This document shows positions 38,382-50,573 of a stretch of 64,000 nt of DNA, one piece after another. The first letter of the stretch is position 1, and each line of letters opens with the position of its first letter. The position numbers and the translations under genes are program-made. The notes below the pieces were generated by a model that was not told the DNA's origin, made no database searches, and saw only the letters and a list, made by a program, of their open reading frames with translations. Origin of the DNA: Podospora anserina (Eukaryota); contig CM030333.1 of NCBI GenBank assembly GCA_017654855.1, positions 3,224,001 through 3,288,000 of the forward strand, given 5' to 3'.

Positions 38382-39582
38382 TTACACAGTCCCACTAATG
38401 CTCAGTTCTCTTATCTCCTGTAGCACCTGTTCGACTCTGCTATCCAAGTGGCCCTCGGCGTACTGATCTCTAGTGTCCGCATCTAGGTACTGCTGCACCT
38501 GAGCCATTCTGCTGTAAGCCTCTGCGCAAAACCGCAATTGGATCTTGACAAGTGCCTCGAATGATGGATCAAGGTAAGGAACGCGTAGATCGATGAGCTG
38601 TGGCAGCTCCGTGCACAATTGTTCGTTGAGCTGTTCGTATGCTGCCTTGGCCATGTCCATCTCCTTCTCCGCTCTTGGGAGCTTGGTAACGTCCTTGTCG
38701 GGCTTTTCGACCAGCTTCTTAACCTTGGCACGTAGTGCGTCGTAGTCGAGGAGTTTGTGGCTGCGCTTCTTGATACCTAAATTACCCGTGTCAGAGGGTC
38801 TCGGATCCGGGGGCAGGGAATAGGAACATACACTCATTCACATCGGGAAAGTAGGCGCAAAATCTCGAGATGGGCTCTAGCACTGTCGTCCGATATGGCC
38901 CGTCGAGCGCCTTGATCGTTTCGGCATCCAAATCCTCTACTGCTTGCTTGTAGCTCCTGCTCACGCCGTCCTTAGCGCCGGCTTCGCCGTAGAAGGCATC
39001 GATTGTCTCGGCAATACGCATTTGTGAGGCCGTCATCGCTGTTATCTGTTAGTACATTACCGCTTCGACCTGTTCCTTCTGGCACCGTGTGTCCTCATAC
39101 CTCGCAGAGAATCGAGGTATCCCTTTGCCTCCTTCTGCAACCGCAGCGATGCCGCCTCCATGGTTCGGAAACGTCTATCCAAAATATCAGTTTCCTGTTC
39201 CAGCCTCTTTCAACCAGCGCATGCGTGGCGCCGTATCCGTACCTTTCTTCAACTTCATAATCCCGGTCATTTGTCTTCTCGACATGGCCTGATCAAACCA
39301 AGAACAGTCAGCATTTTGGAAGCAGAAGGAATTTCGTCTTCGGGGCGGTAGATTATAGTGTAGTGGTTGGCATCGTTGGGGGCGAGGCCATGGAAGTGGG
39401 GTGGCGTTGATGTTGGTGCTCTCAGTGCATTAACGAAACGGACGAACCGGTCTTCATCATCACCTGCGTCGTAGCGCGGTTGACATTCTTCTTGAAGCCT
39501 GCAGTACAACAAAAAGGTCAGCGCAAAATGTCTCTGGTACATCCTCAAGTTATGGTGCGGTCTACGTACCCGCCCAAGACAT
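38382..39582 (-). CDS. RVS161: Amphiphysin-like N-BAR protein Rvs161/Hob3, multi-exon
   Basis: Spliced MSWAGFKKNVNRATTQVMMKTGHVEKTNDRDYEVEERR..., ELPQLIDLRVPYLDPSFEALVKIQLRF. Confidence 0.96.
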
Positions 39583-40434
39583 GATGGGCAACTGGTTGTT
39601 GACTGGTTGGTTCCTGGTCTATTGCGGCTCGAAATTCAGGGGTTTTCAGGGCGTCGCTCGTTCGTCCCCTGTTCGAATAGGGCAATGCGCAGTCGTCGGT
39701 TGTATTGGTCGTCGTTGTTGAATAAAGCGATATTCAAGGCAAAGCTAATTGACTGTCAACCGCAGGTAGTGTCGTGGTTCAAGGCTGGCTAGGATGCTCG
39801 TTGTGGCCGGGTTGAATCTGAACCGCTGAGATGGAAAGAGGTGACGAATGTTGAACTGTGGCTGAGCCCCGCTTGACTGCCTACCAAACCCGCGTGCGTG
39901 CCGTCGTCCCGCCCCGACGACGTCAGAGCCCAGGAACAGCCACAATCCCGGCACAGATCCCCCGCCAAGTGGGCCATCTCCGAGCTTCTGGGCTGCCGTC
40001 TGTTTGCCAGCTGACAAACCAAGCCTTCCATCCTCATCTCACTTCAAGCCATCTCACTCACTCAGAACAACGGCTTTGTGTTCCAAAGTTAGAATGCCTT
40101 TTGAGTCACTCGCCGCGGCGAGGAGGCTTACGGTTCATGTCAAAAATGTATACCATAGTTTTATTTATAAGATCTCGCAATAGACTCTCATGTTGCACCT
40201 TTCCTTCATTCACTCATTTTTGCATTCTATCCAAAGACAATTCCCCAGCCGGCTGTTCAAAGCCCATTTAAAAAGTTTCCACCCACAGCAAAGACACTTA
40301 GAAACAACACCAAAGTCTGCCAGAGGCAGCCAACCAGCATAACGACCAAACAAAAGTCCCGCCGGTCCAAACAAAAACCCGTTCAGGATCCAGAACCAGT
40401 ACCAGCAGCATCCATCGAGTCACAAACACCAGAA

Positions 40435-41031
40435 ATGTCTGTTCGGCGCATCCTCGTCGTCGGCCTCGGCAACCCCGGCGAAGCCTACCGCAACACCTAC
40501 CACTCAGCCGGCAACATCGTCCTCAACGCTCTACGAAACCAGATGGCTGATACGCAGCCTTCCTTCAAGGTAGCGCGGCATGGAAAGAAGAGCACAGAAG
40601 CCTCCATCGGGCCAAAATATTCGTTTTTGCAAAGTCCCTGCGTTATGAATGTGACTGGGACATGGTTCGCAAGGGCTTACAGGGAGCACCTTATTGACAA
40701 TGGGCTCAGTCCAGCTGAGTTGGGAGTTGTACTGGTCCATGATGACCTGGAGGAGGAGCTGGGTGTAGTGAAGATTAGGGACTGGGCGCGGAGTCATAGG
40801 GGGCATAACGGCATTAAGAGCGTGAACGCCTCGTTGAAGGCTGATCCAGAAGGGAAGTGGGCTAGGGTTTCGATCGGTATTGGGAGGCCGGTGGAGAGGG
40901 AGAGGGCGTCGGTTTCGGATTATGTGCTGAGCAAGATCCCAAGGCATGCTAGAGGGATCCTGGAGGAGAAGGGAGGTGCTGGGCTGTTGGCTGCGTTGAT
41001 GGATTTGGAGAGGAAATGGGAGGCTTCATGA
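40435..41031 (+). CDS. PTH1: Peptidyl-tRNA hydrolase (bacterial-type Pth1)
   Basis: LVVGLGNPG, MNVTG, VHDDLE, RGHNGIKS, IGIGRP, VSDYVL. Confidence 0.93.
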   Translation: MSVRRILVVGLGNPGEAYRNTYHSAGNIVLNALRNQMADTQPSFKVARHGKKSTEASIGPKYSFLQSPCVMNVTGTWFARAYREHLIDNGLSPAELGVVLVHDDLEEELGVVKIRDWARSHRGHNGIKSVNASLKADPEGKWARVSIGIGRPVERERASVSDYVLSKIPRHARGILEEKGGAGLLAALMDLERKWEAS

Positions 41032-41205
41032 GGTGCATTTAAAGGGTTGAAGGTGTGAGAGAATCTGTACCGATATATTTTGTGATACCCAATTTGGAGG
41101 CAGGAGTCTATATCCTGAGTTCCTCAGTTTCTTCCTCCATTACCCAAAACCATACCAATGAAGAATAACTGCATGTGTCTCCCCATCACGCCAACACCTG
41201 GCTGC

Positions 41206-44100
41206 CCCGTATACCCCTCTTATGGAGCGGCAGTAAACCCTTCTCGTCGTTTCGGTGTGCTGCTGCCTCTAAAAGACGCCCAACCGTAGGATCTGCACCG
41301 TTATCAAGAAGTAATTCCACTCCCCTCTCATTCTCAGCCCATACAGCGACAAGCAAAAGGCGTCACAACATCCACATCAAAACCATCTCCTATGAACCAA
41401 TCACGTACGGGAAACCCGATACCATCCTGGGGCGTCTGGAATATGTGATTTGGGTCAGGCGCCATACTCTAAAAGGATCCGGGCCGGGTCATTATGCGAC
41501 CAGTACAAAGCCCAGAACAGCGCTGTAGTGCCAAACTCGGCTTGAAGCTCGACATCGGGATCAACGCCATGTGTCAACAGCTCACGTAGAGCTCCATATT
41601 GGTCCCTGAGGGTAGCTTGCCGCAGGGAAATTGGTTCGGTCGACTTCAGGACAGGTCTCAAAGAGGGCGCGGAGGATCTGAGGTAGTTGGGTGTTAGTCA
41701 GAGTATCCGATAGCCAACCTCACCACCGTGGCTTGAACGTACCAACTCTAAACCCTTGTCTGCGGCTGCGTGTATGGGGTCTCTGACTGATCTAAAAATG
41801 GGAGCCTCCCCAGGGCCCCATCGGAAAAACAGCAAAGGATCGCACACATTCTTTGAGTTGTAATGTAGCTGCAGAACAAGGCTGTGGAGGTGCGGGTGGC
41901 TCATGTCTGCCAACCTATAATGGCCCCTCCAGTTGCTGGAAGCATACTGCACGAGTGGAAAAGTGGCGACTATGAGCTCGCCCTGTTGTTTGTCTTTCGG
42001 GCTAATAACAAATTGCTCGACCAACTCGGAGACTTATGGATCCGTCATATATGTCAAGCAGGTGCGAGCAACCTCTGTATTGGCAGCTCGTCTCTCGACG
42101 TGAAACTGTGATGCCAGTGAGCCTGTTATCCTATCTGACTCGAGATATTCCTGGACCGAATAGTGAGCAATCCTCACGTTGCTGTTTTTGTCGAACTCGA
42201 GGAGGCCAGGACAGATTTTGAGGATTTCGTCATCACCCTCCAGTATCCTGTCTTTGTTGAACTGGGGATTATCTCCGAGCTCCACTGCCGTGGCATGGAT
42301 GAGCTCGAGGGTTGTAAGCGGCCGTGCAGCGGTACAGAGCAGTGTCAAGACTCTCCTGGCATCTTCGGCTAAGGCTTTGTCGATATTCAGGAGTATTCGT
42401 TCGTAGGTGTCTTCCAGGTTCCGAGGGGGCGAGGCGAGCAAGCTGTTGAGATGGGTCTTGCTTATTGGACAAGACTGGAGGGCTTTGAACTGGCATTCGA
42501 CCCATCGAAAGCTGTGATGTATCAGTACACATCCACATGTTTTTGTTGACATCGAAGACGTCTCATGACCACCAAATAACCTGAAAAAACTCACACGCCA
42601 TTAGCACGAGATGCTAGAGCATCCTGAATTTCCTGTCAATAGTTTTTCCACCCTCGGAGGCGACGATTCGTTTGTAAACGAGCAGCAATGAAGGACACGA
42701 TATCCGAGTCAATGGAAGCGTTTTTCATTTTGATGTCTCCGTCTTCAGATGGTGATAGACACTCCCGAATATCTTGTTCGTCACGGCTGGAGACCAAAAG
42801 ATGTAACCGAGGTTCTGACCACTCTCGTATTACTTGTACCGCATCGAGCAAATCATCTCGGTGTCTGTCTTTTGGACTCTCATCTAAGGCGTCTACAATG
42901 ATGTAGACGTCCTCGAACTCCCGAATTATGGCGTTTAGAGTCTCCAAGAGTTCGTCATCGGGTGGCGTGGCGTCAACAAAACTATCCTCGAGGCGTTTGA
43001 GGTGCTCTTCCCCTGTCTTAATCTGACCAGCGAGCTGAAGGATTGCTGATCGAAGCATAGCGATAGCATCTTGCTTCGATTCGTCGTTGAAAGTGAAGTA
43101 GAAGTAAGCCAAGCCACTGGTGATCTTTCCGGGACGGGACTGCTGCTGCCGGTGTCTCTCTGCCAACTGGATAGCTGTTGAAGACAGGACCGACTTACCA
43201 CAGCCGGCAAACCCATTCAACCAGAGGAAGGAATTTGGTGTGAATAGCCAAGTGTTGAAGTCAGTTCCTTACACAAACCAGTGGCCAGTTCCTGAATGAC
43301 GCTTCTTACAGGCCTCATTGTAGTTGACTGACACATCTGGCGCTTTTAGGCCGGACCAGGATCGAAGTTCATGGGATACTTGAGTGTTTCGGATGCGGTT
43401 GAGTACCGCTTTCGTATCCTCTACATCATCCTCATTCTTCATTTGGCTGTCCCTCATGAGACTAACAGTGGCTTTTGTGTCTTTTATACCATCTTGAATA
43501 GTAATTTGACTACCTCTGATGAGATGAACCGCAAGTTTGGTGTCTTGTATATCATCCTGAATGGTCGTTGTGTCCTTTTGTTGGACCACTTGAAGAGCCA
43601 ACGTTAGGCCGGCGCGGATGTCGTCAATGGTTTCGTCAAGCTTCTGAAGCGTACCCTCTATTATTACATACACATATACGGTTAGTTAGTGGGAAATCGT
43701 GCAGGCTTAACTGCTACTTACGGTGGAAAGGGTAGGTGACCCGGCGAGCAGCAGTACGTGCGAAAGCCTCGATTTTGGACGAAGCAGTCCTCGTGAGTCG
43801 GTTTGGAGTAGGAGCTTCTGTGAGTATCTTGGACTCATTGCTCAATTCGTATATGTATTCCTCGCACTCTGGAATCGAATGTTGTATAGTCTTGAGAAGT
43901 GCTAGCTCAATAGGTTGGAACTTGCGGTTTCTAAAATTTGAGTCTAAAGAGTTGAGAATCAAAAGAAGGGAATTCAGCTTGCTGATGGTACGCGAAGTGT
44001 CGGTCTTCTGGTCCTTCACTGTTGTGTAATACTTGACGAGGCATTGGGTAGCTTGAATGCCCAGAGAAATAACCCCAAAAATGGCACCAGCAACCTCCAT
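41206..44100 (-). pseudogene. NLR-like gene: HeLo-like N-terminus + NACHT + ankyrin repeats, disrupted
   Basis: MEVAGAIFGVISLGIQ; Walker A GFAGCGKS; Walker B IIVDALDE; FRWVECQ; AHYSVQEYL; ankyrin fragments (LLEYGA, LLLDNGADP). Stops at 43269, 42636, 42034 and frameshifts in the ankyrins. Confidence 0.9.
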
Positions 44101-44322
44101 GATCGTGGCTATGAGATTGGGCAGCCAGATACTTCTTACTGAACAAAAATCACTATATGTTGTACAAAAGGGAGAGATGGAGGGAGCCAAATAGGCGCCC
44201 ATGTATGCCTCGCCTCAAACATCTCGCCAAGGATGCGGCCACAAACTTGACAGCGGCTAAGCGCGAGCGTAATGTCAAATATTTGTCAAGGTTCTGGGTA
44301 CAGAATGAAGGTAATCCGAGAT

Positions 44323-45845
44323 CTAGACCTTGTACTTCTTCGGCTCGAGCTCTGTAATGTCAGCGCTCTTTGCTTCACCATCCAGGATCAGTTCAGCCAT
44401 CAAACACCCAGTACCGGGACCGTTCTGAATCCCCCAACATGTATGCCCGGAAGCGATCCACAACCCCTTCACGTAAGACTGCCCGATGACTGGGTCACGC
44501 TCCGTGCCAAACCTCATATGCCTTGGCAGATAGCATGCCTGTTTCGCTTTGATGGGAGCACTCCCCAAGATAGGCGAAACGGTTCCCATATATGCAGTCA
44601 AGTCATCACATTGGTCTTCGTCGCACTGCACCAAGTCTGCAGTTTCTGGAAGAGGGATCGAAGGATCTGGTTCGCCTTTTTGGTTCAGTCATGTTAGCTT
44701 CATCTTTGTGGAAACATGACTAGAATAAACGACAGAAACTCGACCCAAGAAACCTACCACAAGCATATACCTCACCAAAAGGTCTAGCATACACCTCCGG
44801 ATCAACATTCCGCTTATGCTTCCTCTTCTGCCCCTTTCTCGCCCGATGCTCAGGCACAAAGTCTGTTGGCAGCATAATGTCGGTAAAGACAGCATACGGC
44901 GTCACATCTACCTCATAAACCACACTATGTGCCCTCAATCCTTCAATCTTGGTTCTAGGCAGGATCTTGCCTGTCCATGGCCCGGCAGAAACAACTACAT
45001 CTGTCACATTGTCCAGATCAACAACTTCGCCGCTGTTTCTGTCTTCGTACTGTAGCCCGATAACCTTTGTTTTCTCGCTGTTGTACTTGAGACGAGTGAC
45101 CTTTGCGCCTATTCGGAAATCAACTCCCTTTTGTTGAGCGAGGGCGGCAATTGAGGTAGTGAAATGAAAAGGATGAACTTGTGCTGTTTCGGTTGCTCCA
45201 GGTTGACCCATCTCTTGATAGTGTTGAACGACTGTAGAGTCGAACCAGTCGAGATCTTGCGGTAGAACAGAAGGCTTGAGCAGGGTATTGGCATCTTCGT
45301 CTTGCTTCGGGAGCTTTTGCCAGTCTGATTCTTTGTCGCCCTGGGCAGGGTCACCGGCCACTGAGCTCTGTATCGGAAGAGCATCATTGTTTTGACTGTT
45401 TGTAGCCACCCCATTTCCATTTTGCTCTCCTTTCACAGGTGACGAGGGTGTTAGGTTCGTCTTGGTTCTAGCGAGGAGGTCGTCTCGAGTAACAGTCGCT
45501 GTGATAGACCCACATCCTACTCGTCTATATCCCCAGCGCTCGGCGCCATTATGCTCCTCTGCCAACGCTTTGTGTAGTCGGTATGATAATGGAACCAGAG
45601 ATTGCGGGTAGGCCCATAGCGCCAGGAGCCCACCAGCTTTTCCGGATGCGCCAGCAGCAATCGCCGTTGCTTCGAGTAGAGTGATCGTGTGAAGGTTCGG
45701 ATTGAACTTGGGATGGCGTGTTAGGAAGTAGGCCGTCGTGCATCCGATAATACCGCCCCCTAATCTGTTTTAGCTTATAGAGCAAACATGGGAGAATGGA
45801 ATATATACCGATAATGACAATATTTCTTTTCTGTTGCTCCTCCAT
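44323..45845 (-). CDS. FAD-dependent oxidoreductase, DAO family (TDA3/Btn3-like)
   Basis: NIVII|GGGIIG, AAGASGKAGG, TAQVHPFHFT, AGPWT, KQACYLP, GHTCWGIQNGPGTG; two introns. Confidence 0.9.
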
Positions 45846-47283
45846 TTCGCTTGCTAGCTTCGAGTGTCCCAGGAGAAGGGGAAGAGCGGGGAGTATGCGC
45901 AGCGACCAGGATGATGAAATTCAAGAAGATAAAACAGTGGGAAGGAACAATTAATTGGATATGAACCGAAGATATCCGGAGTCGGTCTCTGTCTTCCGCC
46001 TCATCGATTGCGGCTCAAAAAGAGTTGCGGCTTGCAGCTCCAAGTCGCCTGGGGCCTGGGCTCGTCGTCATCAATTGGCGGTGGGCGGCCGGCACCTTTA
46101 AGCTTCCCATGTCCAACGCGGGGCAACAGCTTGGAGGGGCACCTTTGAGGTGCTGTCTCCGAGACATGATAAGGACAATACTGCACCACGGTTTGAGAAT
46201 CTTCAGTTAAAATATAGCTTTGGAAATCGAGTTGATATATATGTGAGCCCATCAGCTACCATCACCGCTTATAACACCAGCGAACTTCATCTCAACATTC
46301 TCTGTGCCCAGTGACGTACCAGCCAGCAGCCAACCCCGCATTGCTCTGCCCCACAAGTCACAGACTCTTGGTATCCTTCTTCAGGGACACCCGAGACACA
46401 AAACTCGACAGTTGACAATGCCGCTCTGCATGAACTTATCGCGTGGGTTCATTGTTTGCATTGCCATGGCGAACGGTAACATCAGATGAAGTTCGCTATA
46501 CCCTTAACCGAGATACACAGGGCTGCTCCGAACTATACCAGACAGACAGTTTGGTGCAAAACAGCGCTTCCAAATTCCGCTGATAATGCTATCCATAGAT
46601 GGACAAGAACCTGTAGCCCAAATCAGATGAAGTACAACACAGTCAGGCTGGCTACGACCCACAGGTTCAAACACAGCTCTCTGCGATGCTGAGAGTTGTT
46701 CATCAGCGGTGTCCACGGCCTCCGCTATTACAACACGGGAGTGGCCGTCAACGGTATTCTGCATCTTCGAATGTCGATCTTCCAATCAGTGGAGCCCACT
46801 CACCAATCGCATCACAGGACAAACATCTTGTTACCCTTCGAGCGCCGAGGCTTACAGTGGCTCATTTTCATCGAAAAAGTCCCAACATTGAGAAAAGTGC
46901 GCCTCTTTTCTGCCTGCTTAGAAACCCCTGGTTCATAACACGCCACAAGCAAAGGTAACAGACCAATAGACAACATCCGGGGTCACGGACTTTCCCAGGA
47001 CCCAGCTTAGGATTGCGTGAGTTGGTGAAACCGATTTGGAATCAGATAGCTCTTTCCCGACCCCACCTCCGAGGCACCTCCAACGGAGAATATATTTGTT
47101 TGGTCCCTCTCTCCATCAACTTCTCTCACGATGTTTCTTCTCACCTCACGTCGTACAACATCTCACATACCATCTCTATCGAGAGCTATAAAGCCTATTT
47201 TATCCGTTTCTCATCCGACTCATCGTTTACCTCTACCCTATCACCTGAACAGATCCGTTCAACCTAATAAACACTTCGGCAAA

Positions 47284-47843
47284 ATGGCTTCCGCAGCAAC
47301 CATCTATGACTTCAAGCCCTTGGACAGCATGTCTCCCCCCTCCCCCCCCCATCCCACATCCCCCAACTAACCCCCATTATAGGCAAGGGCCAAGAATACC
47401 CCCTCTCCAACCTCAAAGACAAAGTAATCCTCATTGTCAACGTCGCCTCCAAGTGCGGCTTCACCTCACAGTATGCCGGTCTTCAGGAGCTCTACAAAAA
47501 CATCACCGCCAAGCACCCAGACCAGTTCGTCATCCTTGGCTTCCCCTGCAACCAGTTCGGCGGCCAGGAACCCGACGCCGAGGCGGAAATCGTCACCTTT
47601 TGCGAGCGCAACTTTGGCGTCACCTTTCCCATTATGCAAAAGATTGAGGTGAATGGTGACAATGCCCACCCCTTGTTCGAGTGGCTCAAGGAGCAAAAGT
47701 CTGGCCTCCTCGGGCTCAAGAGGATCAAGTGGAACTTTGAGAAGTTTTTGATTGGCAAGGACGGCCAGGTTAAGGGGAGATGGGCTAGTGTGACGGGCCC
47801 GGCTTCTCTGGAGAAGGAGATCTTGGCTGAGTTGGAGAAGTAA
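47284..47843 (+). CDS. HYR1: Glutathione peroxidase-like peroxiredoxin (Gpx3/Hyr1), GC-AG intron 47327-47382
   Basis: VNVASKCGFT, LGFPCNQFGGQEP, IKWNFEKFLI. Confidence 0.93.
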
Positions 47844-48193
47844 ACAATGAGCGGTTTTGATGTTTTTTTTCTGTCAGGATCCAGGGGTATGTTGCTTTTT
47901 GGATAAGAGGGCTTTGGAGAGGGAACTGCGAGCTTGGATAAATTGATACACCCTACTTTTTGCAAGAGAAAATAAACATGAATAATGAGCACATGCGTTT
48001 TGCATTGGCCTATCGGGATTGCTGCCACCATCTTGCCCCCATAAACACAGTATTTTGAGTGTGAGGTTTATTACTTCCCGACACTGAGCCCATCTCGTTC
48101 ATCAGATGATGATCACTTCTTTCGAACTCATTCGATATTTCATCTCATCATTCATCAGCCTGTTCCAATCCCAACCCCACCCAACCCCTCCCA

Positions 48194-49177
48194 TCACAAC
48201 GACCTCTCAACCTCCATAACCTCCCTCACCCCCTCCTCAATAGCAGTAACCTTTACTTTATCCAACCTCTTCAGCGGCCTCCTCGGGTGCCCACCATACC
48301 CAAAATAACTCTGAATAGCCTGCTTCGTCCCCGCGATCGCCGCCTTGGTCAACACCCAGTCCCCCTTCGACAGCGTCTTCTGCAGCGCAATGGCCTCCTC
48401 CGTCTTCCCTTCCGCATACAAATTCCATACTTTTGTGCAAACCTTTGGCATGACGTTCGCGCCTCCAGCAATGATCCCGCTGCCCCCGCTTGCCAGAGTC
48501 TGCACTGTAAAGTCACACATTCCTCCAAACGCCATGTACCCTGACCCTTCCGCCCACGGTGTCTTTGCCTCCGTTGCCAGCGCCACTCTCGTCAGCTTTC
48601 CCGTGTTTCCACATGTGAATTTTGTCCCGACAATGTTTGGGTGCGCGGCCAACTTGATAAGAAGGTCCGAGTCCATGTCTATGCCAGCCACGGCGCCGGG
48701 GTAGTTGTACAATATCAATCCCAGCGGGCTCTCGTCGGCAACGCTCACGAAATAATCGTATATAGCCTGCTCATCCATCAAGAACCGAAAGTAGGATGGT
48801 GGGAGGAGCAGGGCGTAGTCAGCACCGACATCCTTGGCCAGTTTGCACAGCTCAATCGTTCCCCGGACGCTGCCCTCGGTGGCACCGATGATGATGGGGG
48901 TGTCTGTGAAGCCGGCCTCGTCGAGTGCCTCTCTCGTAGCCTTGGTCACTGCTAGCTTCTCTTCACGTGTGCAGTGGATGGCCTCCCCGTTGGATCCCAT
49001 TGTGACAAGGCCTACGAGGCCGTCCTTGACTAGTCTTTCGGCGTGCTTCTTGATGGTGGGGATGTCGAGGTCTTCGGTCTCGGCGTCGAAGAAGGTCATG
49101 GTGGGGGCGTAGATACCACATGGGAGTGGCCTCCGTGGGGAGGAGTGGCCATTGGTGGCACCATTGGTGGCAGTCAT
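48194..49177 (-). CDS. gaaC: L-threo-3-deoxy-hexylosonate aldolase (DHDPS family), D-galacturonate pathway
   Basis: GIYAPTMTFFD, MGSNGEA, LYNYPGAVAGIDMDSD, GTKFTC.NTGKLTRVA, YGGHPRRPL; divergent from a gaaA homologue. Confidence 0.9.
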   Translation of the reverse strand: MTATNGATNGHSSPRRPLPCGIYAPTMTFFDAETEDLDIPTIKKHAERLVKDGLVGLVTMGSNGEAIHCTREEKLAVTKATREALDEAGFTDTPIIIGATEGSVRGTIELCKLAKDVGADYALLLPPSYFRFLMDEQAIYDYFVSVADESPLGLILYNYPGAVAGIDMDSDLLIKLAAHPNIVGTKFTCGNTGKLTRVALATEAKTPWAEGSGYMAFGGMCDFTVQTLASGGSGIIAGGANVMPKVCTKVWNLYAEGKTEEAIALQKTLSKGDWVLTKAAIAGTKQAIQSYFGYGGHPRRPLKRLDKVKVTAIEEGVREVMEVERSL

Positions 49178-50564
49178 GGTCGAGTAAGAAGCCGAACGGT
49201 GATGAAGGATGTTTTGAGAGGAAGGGACCGTGAAAGCCAAATGACGCGTGGGGCTAGGAGTGTGGATTTGAGAGTGGGCACGTGGGGAGATGTTACAGTA
49301 TGAGATAGAAAAGACAGGGACGGCCAGGGCGGAAGGCCGGCTACTTAAGAAAACACATGAACCCCTGATGGGAGTTGACAGTCGCCCCATGACCTAATGT
49401 AAATAGGAACCAGTGGGGTTGTGCCCGTCAGCCACGCGCAAGAAGAAGATGTCTAGTCTGATCAGACATGGGTCTTCAGACGCTTCTTGTGTGGGATGTT
49501 GAACAAGAAGCGGGCCAGAACCTCCAACTCGGAGCCAAGTCCTCCAAATTCGATTGCAGGGACTGCGGGAAGGAAGGGAGCTAGGTCAGATGCAACAGCG
49601 ATGCCAGCACACTCATCGGCAAGGCGGCCGCTTGTGGCCATCGACAATGTCTCGCAGCTATATCGGGATAATATATAGAGCAATGGGGTCAGGAAATCAC
49701 GCACCCCAAAGCATCCATCGGCAACCAGATGTGAGTGTGTACATCATCTGGTCTCTTTCATACTAGAGACAATAGACCAAACCCATTCAACCAACCCAGG
49801 CAACCGGATTTTAGCCAAGCGATACTGACATCCCCCTATGCTGATCCCAGACACGTCTAATGCCTCAGATGTAACTGAGGGGAAGGTGAAGGCTGGTTCA
49901 GAGTAGTTGTCGAGATGTTCTTGGCTATTATTCTTGAACTAACGAGAGCCTTTACCAGTAATGGACTGGTCAGACTACCAACTCCGGCCCCATGATCCTC
50001 AGAGCTTTGCTGTTGAGACAGGAACTACCTGTGAACGAGGCCATTGGGGTCAAATCCAGTATGAACAGTGGATGGGGGTCATGTGAGCAGCTTGAAGCAA
50101 AGCTGGACAGCCACTTCAGTGCGAGAAATAACAGACGAGAGCGGTGACGTTGAGACCAGACGAGCGAACAATTGAAAAGCAAGGGGACTAATCCGGTAAC
50201 CCCACAAAAAGCGAACAATATGCCGGGAGAGCTGCAGGTTGATGTTGCGTCCTGGTTCTGTGGAGTAGCAATGTTTAAGCGGTTCATCCGGGAGGACGCA
50301 TGAAGGACTGGCCGGCTGACAGCGAGATGGTTTTGCTGAGAGACTGTCCTTCCAGTTGATGAGGATGATGGACGGTGTATCAGCAGATGATTGGTGATCC
50401 AGGTGGTTCTCAGCCCTCTGCCGACGTTGCTGCCGTGAGGTGTCGTCAGAGAAGGAAGCTGGGTGTTGCAAAGATGAATAAGAAAAACTGGAGACCGGCA
50501 CCTGTCACAAACTGCACCCACGCTTGTGTGTGATACTAACTATATGGCCGACGGAGAAACTATT

Positions 50565-50573
50565 TCCTCCAAT
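50565..50573 (+). promoter_or_regulatory. Galacturonate-responsive element TCCNCCAAT
   Basis: TCCTCCAAT in the gaaC-gaaA intergenic region. Confidence 0.65.
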
